Assembly (NCBI RefSeq): GCF_036321535.1
Contig: NC_087473.1
Location: 13,206,001 to 13,270,000 of the forward strand
Origin: Camelus dromedarius
Lineage: Eukaryota
Direction of reading: 5' to 3'
DNA length: 64,000 nt
Positions 1-8,891 of this stretch are shown here, piece after piece (position 1 is the stretch's first letter; the number at the start of each line of letters is the position of its first letter). A program made the translations under genes and the position numbers. The notes under the pieces are model-generated. The model did no database searches. It was not told where the DNA came from and saw only the letters and a program-made list of their open reading frames with translations.

Positions 1-40
1 GGGATCGCCCTGGCCCAGCGTCCAAGGCCTCCGGGGCACA

Positions 41-65
41 CCCCGCCCCGCCCCGCCCCGCTCCG
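41..65. repeat. (CCCCG)4-5 pentamer run in intron 3, variable between copies
   Basis: Four units in copies 1, 2 and 7; five in copies 3, 4 and 5. Copy 6 has five CCCCG but lacks the following CTCCG, so its length is unchanged. Confidence 0.9.
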
Positions 66-98
66 CTCCCTTCCCCCATCCCGGGACAGCCCACCTAC

Positions 99-1681
99 CT
101 GCGAAGCTAAGGTGATACTCCTTAAGGATCACTTGGTTGCACAAGTAGGGCTTGCTCCGGAAAAAGAACATCAGTCTGCAGCGGTACTCGGGGCGGCCCA
201 GTTCCTGCGCCTGCCACGCCCAACAGCAGGAGAAGAGTGAACTCTCGTCCCGGCCACCTGAGCTGGCCTGCCCGGCAGGGATGAACCACTTCCCCTTCCG
301 CTCTCCCGCTGCTCACACCCAGCCCTCGGGGACACCCGGCCCCCTCCGCCCCGCATCCCCCATCCCCCACCCCCCACCCCCCACCGTGGCCTCCGTCTGC
401 CCGGCCTGACCTCCAGCTGGATCATGTAGCTCCGCACACCTTCGTCTCGGTCACTGATCAAGGCCGACAGCTGGGGATGATTCACAATCTTCAGTAGGTC
501 AAGGAGCCTTCACGTGTTACGGCTGGAAGAGCCACAGCCAACACAGCCAGGCTGGGGCGAAAGGAAGAGACCAGACAGGCGATCTGCCGGGACTCCGGGC
601 GCGCACTGCTGCCCACCCCATCGCCCCACACCTCCGACCTCCTCGGCCCCTGCCCTGCCGTCTCACACGCACGTGGAGGCGGGGTTCCGGCCTTCCCGTG
701 CATCTTGGGCTGTCCGCACCCCCTCGGGGAGCGCCTGTTCCCTCGATCGTCCCCGACATTCCAGCTGGCCTGCGTGTGCTGGGTGCAGGCTTGTCACCGC
801 GGGCGGAGTCGGGATGTGCTCTGCCCCCGTGGACCCATGCCTCCTCTGAGTAGGGGACGCCCCAGGGGTGCTGACAGGAAGCCCCGGGCCTCTGAGCCGC
901 CCTCTGCGGTGAGAGGAGTCTGTCTGTATGGCTAAGTCTGCAGCTCCGGGGGACTCACAGGGTGCAACGGGGAGGGCACGTGCTTCTGCCTGCACGAGAA
1001 GGCCCGGTGGAGGCCGGGCTCGGAGCCCACCCGAGGGCGTGTCTGGGGTCCCGTAGTCTTGCCCGGGACGGGGGCCTCTTGCAGCTCACACCTGGCCGCG
1101 GACGACCTGGGTCCTTGGCACGGACGTGGCGGCAACATATCCACAGCCTCTGGCTGACTGGGATGGGTCCTGCACGCCCACCGGTCTCCTGGGATTTCCC
1201 CCGGAGACTGCACACTTCCACTCTCTGCTCTGTGGGGAAGGTGCTGGGGGCTCTGCGCGTGCTTTCCACTGTTGCCGTGTGCCCCATGACCCCAGGAAGG
1301 CTTCCCCTGCAGGCCCCACGCCAGAAGGTTCCACCCAAATTTGGCGCTCCCACGCCTGCACGTTTGGCCTTTGGCCCTCAGCGCCCTCATGCTGTGCCCT
1401 TGCAGGCCTCCATGCCTCCACTCTCAGGCCTCTTCCCTTGGCCTTGGCGCCCGCCTTCCTCGCTTCCTCCTGCCCCTTGTTCCGCCGCTCCCAGTCCTCC
1501 TCTTCTTTCTCCTCCTGCTTCCCCTCCCCACCCTGCCCTGCGCCCCCGCACCCAGACCCCCGGCCCTGGCCCCGGCCCCAGTCCGTTGCCGCCTCCCCTC
1601 CTCCTCCCCCTGTCCCAACCTCCTTCTCGCCCTGTTCCCCCTCCTCGGCCCCCTCCTGCCCTCCAGCAGCAGCCAGCCCCA

Positions 1682-1755
<74 letters not shown>

Positions 1756-2121
1756 CAGCAGCAGCAAGTATACAGGTTTGGCCCAGAAGCCGGGGATGTC
1801 CTGGATGATGGCTTTTCTTCGATCCAAACGAGGCTCCCGCCTCCGTCGGATCCTGCGCTTGAGCCGCAAGTAGGCCCCGCTGGCTTGGGCGTTCACAGCG
1901 CTCTGCTCTAACTGAAGGGCCCCCAGCGCCTCCAGCGGGCTCAGAGAGGTCGGGGGTCCGCTCCCTGGCTCTGCGCGCCCCTGCTTCCGGGGCTTCTCTT
2001 CCCGCTCCTTGGCCTGCACCTCCTCCTCCTCCTCCTCCTCCCGCGGCTCCTGCTCCTCCTGCTCCTCCTCCGCCACCACCTCCTCCATGTCGTCCGCCAG
2101 CAGCGCCAACGCCTCCCCCAT
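99..2121 (-). CDS. TSPY: TSPY-like protein, copy 1 (partial; exons 4-5 outside window). Exon 1 coding 2121-1774, exon 2 488-411, exon 3 210-99
   Basis: Exon 1 ends ...IIQDIPGFWAKP|gtatac. Exon 2 is IVNHPQLSALISDRDEGVRSYMIQLE (78 nt, aag|...|gtcagg). Exon 3 is AQELGRPEYRCRLMFFFRSKPYLCNQVILKEYHLSFAG (112 nt, cag|...|gtaggt). The start shown is the first ATG after the in-frame TGA at 2175-2173; the true start is uncertain. Confidence 0.88.
1684..1767. repeat. Interrupted CAG/CTG repeat in intron 1, copy 1: (CAG)4 CAA (CAG)5 CAA (CAG)12 TAG (CAG)3 CAA
   Basis: Read directly; 28 triplets, ending 7 nt from the exon-1 boundary. Confidence 0.97.
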
Positions 2122-2172
2122 GCCCACAACCTCCGCCTCTGTCGATGCAGCTGCTGCCGCTGCCGCCGCCGC

Positions 2173-2619
2173 TCACTCCCGCACGGCCTCCACCCTCAGG
2201 CTGCTGGCCTCCTCGCACCTGCCACCCGCTAGTGCCTGCTCTGTTCCCAGCCCTGCCATGGCAGCGGGAGGCCCGCGGGCCCCTGCCTCCTGAAGGCCCC
2301 CTCCCACAGCTAAGGCCACCCAGGATTCCTGGGGAGCCCCGCCTTCCCCGGGCCCCCGCCTCACTGGCCCTGTGGCCCTGGCCCTGAGCTGCGAGCCGCA
2401 GCTGCCAATGCCGAGGAACAAGGAGCGGGAGGTGGAGGCGTAGCACGTGGCCGGAGGAGCCGGCCGAGCGGCCGAGGTCCCCGCGCGCAGGCGCTGCCGC
2501 TGGCGCTGGCGCTGGCGCTCCGCGCTTGGGTCTTCCAGGGCTCGCTGCCGCCCGGACCCGGCGGCCTGCTGTGCGGCCCCCTGGCAGCTGGGGCGCATGG
2601 GCATGGCCTCGTACCCCAT
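2173..2619 (-). pseudogene. Stop-severed TSPY N-terminal segment / upstream in-frame ORF, copy 1 (ATGs at 2619, 2604, 2598, 2259; TGA 2175-2173)
   Basis: Same frame as the NAP-domain ORF. Its end GLGTEQALAGGRCEEASSLRVEAVRE* aligns by eye to the recalled human TSPY N-terminus [28 protein letters not shown]. Confidence 0.7.
2491..2520. repeat. (GCTGGC)n hexamer run encoding RQRQRQ in the upstream ORF; 12 bp shorter in copies 4, 5 and 7
   Basis: Direct comparison between units. Confidence 0.9.
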
Positions 2620-2714
2620 CCCCGCCACGCCCCACGAGGCCCGTGGGAATTTGCAGCTTGGCTGGAAGGAGGCCCGAGTCGAGTCGGGCCCAGGCCGCTC
2701 GCCCCACCTCCCGA

Positions 2715-2765
2715 CCAATCGGGGAGCGGCCAGTGGGCGTCACCCTGCAAGGCCCCGCCCCCCGG
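2715..2765 (-). promoter_or_regulatory. Putative TATA-less TSPY promoter: GC box, TGACG half-CRE, inverted CCAAT box (repeated in every unit)
   Basis: The minus strand reads GGGGCGGGGCC (about 2761-2751), TGACG (2742-2738) and ATTGG (2719-2715), about 100 nt upstream of the first in-frame ATG at 2619. Motif match only. Confidence 0.5.
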
Positions 2766-3144
2766 CCGGGAACCCGGCCGGCCGCCTGGCCTCCGCAGCC
2801 CCAGCTTTCAGCCCAGCTCCCTGCCCAGCTTCCAGGGGGCACCTGGGCCGCGCGCTGCCTCCAGGGAGGCCTCCGGCCTTGCATCTCTCTGGCACTGCCC
2901 GGCGGCCCGCTGACACCTCTTCGGTTTCTGTCACCTCCCACCACGTGCCCCCCACCTCCCCACCCCACCCCCAACCCCACCCCCGACCACCTGTCACTCC
3001 GGTTTCACGCGGCCCCTTCACCCCCTGGGAAATCTGCTAAGCTCCAGAGGGAAAGACAGCCCGGGTACTTTGCTTCCAGCCAGTGTCTGTCAGAGTTGAA
3101 CTGCTCTGCTCTAGGGGACAAAAGCCATGCAGCAGCGTGTTCTC

Positions 3145-3312
3145 TTTGTCTTCGCTCTCTCTCCCTGTCTCCCCCTTGCTGTGACTCTCCCGCGTCTCTC
3201 TCTGTGTGTCTCTGCGCCTCTCTGCGTGTGGCCGTGCGTGTGTGGGTGGGTGTGCGTGTGAGTGTCTCCGCTTCCGCTCTCTCCCTCCCTCCCTCGCCCC
3301 CTCCCCTCCCGT
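3145..3312. repeat. Low-complexity CT/GT-rich tract upstream of the promoter (every unit)
   Basis: Degenerate (CT)n, (GT)n, (GCGT)n and (CCCT)n runs. Confidence 0.75.
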
Positions 3313-4019
3313 TCCCGGGATCTCTGTTAGCTCCCACAGACACATAATGGCTTTCAGAAAGCTACCCTGCCCGGAAATAGAAGACCTCTCCGCCCGGGCC
3401 AGCGGAACCCCACAGTCTGGACGTGGGCGTGTCCACACCATTGCACGACGGCCCTTCCTGTGCTAGAGAGGCCAGGCCGTGCCTTTCTCCCAGCCAGCAA
3501 AGGTGACCGGCATCCGTCGCCGCCGGGATCGCCCGACACTGCGCAAGACGAAGCCCTGGCCAGCCTGTGCAGAGAGAGACAGGCAGAGGGACGACGCGGT
3601 TTGCCGGCACGCTGGACCCACCCCCCCCCCCACCCTCCACCCCGCCCCGAACAGTGGTGTTTGGCAGCCCAGACAGTAAGGTGTTTAGGACGCCACCCGG
3701 GTCGGCGGCCACCGCACGGCACGCCTTCAGCGCCGCAGACGGAAGGAAGTGACTTCTGCCCGCAGTGTGAACGCCCTTGGAGGTGGTTCCGCTCTCGCCC
3801 AGCCTCCAGATGAGCACCCGTCCCAGCCTTCGCCTTCACTGCAGCCTTTCTCGCCGACAAAGCCAGTGTGTGCCACTTGCTAATGCAGCGCTGCTGGTCG
3901 GCCTCCCGAACCTTACCAAACAAGCAAGGCAAGGTGTTTCCTGTCGGCCTACTCGGAGGGAGGACAGGACGCGTGTGCCGCCGCCAAGGAGCTCAAGGTT
4001 CAAAGGCGGTTGTCGCTCT

Positions 4020-4043
4020 GGGGGCGGGGGCGGGGGCGGGGGG
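4020..4043 (+). repeat. G5CG5CG5CG6 run (canonical G-quadruplex motif), every unit
   Basis: Four runs of at least 5 G with 1-nt loops. Confidence 0.85.
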
Positions 4044-4268
4044 CCCTGGTCTTCCGCACGCGGCAAGCAATCTGCCCTATCCTATTTCCTGCGTCCTTCG
4101 CACCTTCCCTGTCTCTCCAGAAAGCACGGGACTTCCCCACTGCCTCTTCTGGCAGCCCGGTGATTCCAGCTGGCCCAGAGTCGACGTCCGTTTCGAAAGC
4201 CTGTCACGTTTTCAGGGTCCGTGCACGCACGCCTGCCTTCGAGCCCCACTCTCAGGCCTCCTCACCAG

Positions 4269-4294
4269 ACACGCACACGCACACGCACACGCAC
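4269..4294. repeat. (ACACGC)4 alternating purine-pyrimidine microsatellite, every unit
   Basis: Read directly. Confidence 0.85.
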
Positions 4295-7200
4295 GAGCGG
4301 AGGCACACCTGCACGCGTGCAGACCTATACGTCTACACGCTGCCCGCCGTCTGTGTTTCCAGGAGAAAGGATTTTTTACCTGCGCCCCTCTCGCCCCGCT
4401 CCCGCAGCCCGTCGTGTGAGTCCTTGTTCTCTCCCCGGATATTGCTGCCTTCCGCCCGCCTGGGTTGGCTTCTCTCCCAGCTGCCTTTGACTGCCGGACC
4501 GCGGGAAGCACACAGGCACGACGTCATTTCCCTTGGTCCTCTCTCACCAAGCGGAGAGGAATCTCAAGCTGTCTGGGGCCTAGCCGTCTTGGAGCTCACC
4601 TGTCCCTTCCTGCCGATGTCCCGGGCGCTCCAGTGCCCCCAGTGAGCTTCCCAGCGAGATGCTCGTGCCCTCCTTTGCTCTGCACGAGCACGTGTCTGCC
4701 CTGAACTGCCTTCTTGTTGCCTCTCACACGGCCTTCGGAGGCCCCTGGCAGCCAGGGCTCTTTGCAAGAGCTGTCTTCCTGTAGCACAAGAGGGCCAAGT
4801 GTAAGCTGTCTTGCCGAAGCGTCCCACACAAGGTCCTTAAGAATGTGGGGATCACCGCCTGTCTGAAGGAAGAAGCCAGTGAAGCCGAGCAGGGAAGGGT
4901 CAGGTGGCCGCCCTTCCCGTCCTGCCGTCTGCCGCAGAGCCTGCCGCGACACACACGGGCAGGCGCGCACTCACTCACAGACACGCACGCTCGCACGCAC
5001 ACTCACGCGCAGAGCCACCTCGGGAATCTTGCAGGCCCTGGGACCAGAGATCGTGCCTCCCTGGGGCGGAAGGCAGCATGCCTTTTCGTGTGCCCGGAGC
5101 CCTGGCTACCACTCAGGGGCCTCAGGGGCTTTGTAAATGTCAGGGCTACCGTTCGGCCTCTCTGGATCCTTCTCTGCTGGCCACGCCCACGGCTCAGGTA
5201 TCCCTCGTGGCCTACACGTCCCTCAGGCCACACGCTCCAGGTCACGGGTGGGCCAGGCCACATCCAAGGGGCCGACTTAAGACGGGCGGTGACCCGTCGG
5301 CGCCCCCTGGCCCAGACCTCTCGCGGGTCGCCTGTGACAAGAGCGGAGGACGGGCCGCAGCATCACAGGCCAGAGACGTGCAAGGCGCCAGCCGCACACG
5401 GACGTGCGTGCATGTGAGGCGTGATGGAGGGCAGGGAGCCGGGGCACCTGACAGGGGGGCTCCCGGCCACAGTCAGACAAACAGACACAGATGCATCCGC
5501 GGCAAGAGGGGAGCAAGACGGGCAAGGCCCACCCAGAAACTGCCTTTCCACGCAGGACACCAGCAAGCCCCTGGCCAACGTCCGTACGCCCGACCCGTCC
5601 TGCGACAGTGGGAGCCTGCCCGTGCGCACTTCCATCGATGAGGGAGACCAGCGCCGGACATGTCGTCGCGCCTGGGACTGCCCGGGTGCCCTGGTACCCG
5701 CAGGGGCGGCACGGAGGATGTGGGTCCTCCACCGTGGGACAACACCTGAAGGTAAGGGCCCGAGTGAAATGCCCCAGCAGGCATGGCCAGTTCCCACGTC
5801 CGTCTGAGCTTTGTCCGAGCCCCAGGAAGAATCCCACTTAAGCCGCGTCGCGTCCTCCAGGTTGGACCGCAAGGCCCGGCCACGGCACCCGAGCCTACGG
5901 GGGCCGGCTGCCTGTAAGCCTTCCTCCCCTACCCGTTGCCGGCTCGACACGTTCCCCGCCTCCACTGCAGGGCAGGCCGGACCCGACCCCAGCCGTGGCG
6001 CCTACGGGCGCTTGGGGCGGCAAAGGTCGAGCGAGCCTTGTGAGAACCCTGCCCAATCATTCCTCGAGTCTCTCCCCTTTGGCAGGTCCTTCTCAAGAGC
6101 CCTGGCCAGGCCTAGAGGCCTGAGGGGCCGCGGCCCTGCGGGGCGCCCACCACGGCCGCCTCAGCCCTCCCTCTGGGCCCCAGCCGCAGGGTCCCTGCAA
6201 CGCAGCTGCCCTCGTGCCTTCAGAGCAGGGGAACCTAGGCACTGACCTGGGGAAGGGGCGAGGACAGCAGCAGCCCGAGCGGGACAAGAGGGGACCTCTG
6301 CCACCCTACGATTGTACACGGAGGCTCTCCGGCCTTCGGGTCCCCAAACCCGACAGGCCGCAGCTGGTAGCGGACAGCCGGTGCCGCTGGGAGGCCAGGG
6401 AGGGCTGGGATCCATGAACCTCCCACCGCAACCCTCCACGACCGTGAAACGTTCTGCTGGGGCAGTCGGTCAAGCACACCCCCAAAGTGCGGCAAAGCAG
6501 GGGCGCTGTGGGGTGTCGTCGGGGACAGAGATGCTCACCACGCGGCCAAACTGCAAGGGACCGGGAGGGAGAGAGGGGGCACGCACCGCGCTCTCCCAGG
6601 CCCGGCTGTCCCACAGACGGTGCCTAGCTTTGTGCGGGGACCTCAGGTGTCTCCGGAAAGCGGCTGTCCCCTCGGGAAGGACCCCGCCGGGTGCTGGCCA
6701 CCGACTGCCCTCCCCATCCCGTCTCGTCCCGCCCCCCACCCCAGACCTGCCCACTCGCCACCCCCCCAACACACACAGCCCCCCACCGCCTGCCGCCATC
6801 CCTCCCACAGGCCCCTTGCCCAAGATCTGTCTGCACCAGGACTGTCCCCTTCCGGTGGCCTGATGCCCAGGCAGCTCGGGGCTGTGTGTTGGAGGGATGT
6901 GTGGCTGGCAGTTCCCTGACCAGGACAGAGCCGCAGGGACTGTGTCCCGAGGAGAAGCGTGAGTTACTCTGAACGTTCGGGCCCCTTAGCTAGCCAGCGC
7001 AGACTCGGGTAGAAGCTTTCGGCCTACGTGTCACACAGCCTGAAGAGCGGCACAGCCCGCCACGGCGCAACGCCGGCGTGGGAGAGAGGGGAGGCGGCAC
7101 ACTGCCGGTCTGGGGCGGCGCGGGCCCTGCGGCCCCGCCCCCTGACCTTCGCCCCTCGGACTGTTGCGCCCCACGAGGAGACCCCAGGGAAAGGAAGGCG

Positions 7201-8891
7201 CTCACGCCCCGGGAGGCCTTTCCAGCAGGGGGAAGGGGCTCCTGTCTGCCACTTCCTCTCCTCCCCAAGACCCCGGAGCCTGAAAGCCAGCAATCTCGCT
7301 GCTGCCCCAGCCCCCGGAGGCGCCGGTCTTTTCCGCTCCCGCCCAGCCCCCGCCCGCAAACAGCCCGGCACCCTTGCCCGCCTGCTCCCCTGCTCCCTCA
7401 CCCGCACAGCCTCACGCGCCGGCACGGGGCCACAGCCGCAGCTCACGCCCGCCTTTCCCTCACACTTGCTTGGACCCCTGCACCGCCCCACCCAGCCAGG
7501 GCTGAGCGGGGTCATGCCCGGAAGGATTCCACACTCACAGCCTGCCTCCTGGGGCGCCTGGGGGTGAACAGGGACCCTCGGCTTAAGAAGTCGCCCGTCT
7601 GGCGTGGGGCCGACGGCTGGCGCACACCCCAGACGGAGGGGGCTGAGTGAGGCTCCGCGAGCAGAGTGAACACTGAACCCAAGCCACAGCGGGCCACGAG
7701 GCCCCTACCCGCCAGCACCGGTCCCCGTCTCCTTCCCCGGCCCACGCAACAGGTCCCCAGCGCACCAGCCTGTCTCTTTCGTTGCTTCCTGCTCCGAGAC
7801 CCTGCCCTGTTCGGAGGCAACCTGGCCTCCCCGGAGCAGCAGCCGAGTCCTGCCCTTCCCACGTCCTCCACTTCCTCAGGACCGCCTCTCTGCCACACAC
7901 GGGCAGCCGGTTCAAAAGCCCCACCGGACTGGGCCGGAACATCGCCAATCGGCGACCCGCGAACAATCACACAGGACGGGAGCAAGACAGGAGCACTCGT
8001 TAGCTTGTTGATGTCTCTCTCGGCCTCATTCCGGGTACGTGCTGCCCACCCTCTGCAACCTCCACTGGCGATCCTTTCCTCGTTCCTCTCCGTTGCCCCA
8101 GACCCCGGCCGCCGGCCTCCCGCGTCTGCACGCGCCTCCGGGCTCTCCTTCTACTCGGCCGAACTCGCCTGCTCCGTCGCCTTCACCGCCAGCTCTGCAG
8201 GACCACCGACGCGTGAGAAAGCCTGCTCGCGGGCACGCGTGCACAGAACGACACGGACACGCTCGGGAACAACACAAGGCGTAGCTGAAGCGGCCTGTGT
8301 CCAACAGACAACCGGAGAGATGGCGCACAACAGGCAGCACGCCCCGCCCTTTCTCCCCGGCGCCTCCCCGCTGGCCACCAGCCAGCCTGCGGCCCTTTCC
8401 AGGGCCGTCCGGGTGGAGCCAGGTCGCTAAGGGATGCGCCTGGACATTCAGGGAAGACTGGGAGAACCAGCCCAGGAGAGGGACGGGACGCGACCCGGGA
8501 GCCCACCTCCTCAGCGTCTGGAGGCCTTGGCCATGCGGCCGGGGGCGGACGGAGGGGCCCAGCTGATCCCAAACGCGGAGGCAGTCGGACGAGGCCCCAG
8601 GGAGGGCCGAAGCCAGGAAGTGCCGACGCACATGAGGGTGCCTGAGGAGGCCCGCTCCTTTCTCGGACACCCCTGGGACGTTCACCGAAAGCTGAAAGCT
8701 TCGGTGCTCTGCGCGTGCGCCTGGGTCCTCCGGGCCCCTGGCTCACCCTCGCGCCCGCTCCCTGGGCGGCCTGGGGTCGCCCCGCTCCCAGGCTTCTCTC
8801 AGCCTGCCTCTCCCCGATTGGGAAAGGGTCCGGGAAACACTCTTCACCAACACCCCCAGCCCCCCGGGCTCCTCAGGGACGTGTCCCCCTC

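Noticed and set aside
491-520. Peptide REGSLTY resembling the recalled human TSPY start MRPEGSLTY
   Set aside because: It lies in the intron-1 branch/acceptor region (TCCTTGAC), ends in a stop, and is in the wrong position. Treated as coincidence.
962-1873. Plus-strand poly-Ser, poly-Gln and poly-Ala ORFs
   Set aside because: They are the three readings of the intronic CAG repeat on the antisense strand. No independent sign of coding.
1774-2121. Assignment to TSPX/TSPYL2, SET or the TSPYL retrogenes
   Set aside because: The frame stops right after DLWPNPL with no long acidic tail, introns are present, and the tandem amplification fits TSPY.
1424-2980. 518-aa minus-strand ORF overlapping exon 1, and its copies
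   Set aside because: It is an alternative frame of GC-rich exon 1 and promoter. The Gly/Ala/Arg low-complexity product has no recognisable domain, and the TSPY homology lies in another frame.
3140-3312. CT-rich tract resembling the 3' part of a carnivore tRNA-derived SINE
   Set aside because: No tRNA-like head with A/B boxes, no A-rich tail and no target-site duplication.
3621-3631. Poly-C length variation (9-11) between units as a biological signal
   Set aside because: Homopolymer length is the dominant long-read consensus error and cannot be trusted without reads.
7908-7922. GGTTCAAAAGCC as a Pol III B box
   Set aside because: It misses the consensus terminal C, has no upstream A box and no tRNA fold.
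3350-8890. Numerous 60-250 aa ORFs in the spacer
   Set aside because: They overlap in all six frames, are Pro/Arg/Gly/Ala-biased, mostly use non-ATG starts and show no domain signature. Expected in very GC-rich DNA, and recurrence across units only reflects duplication.
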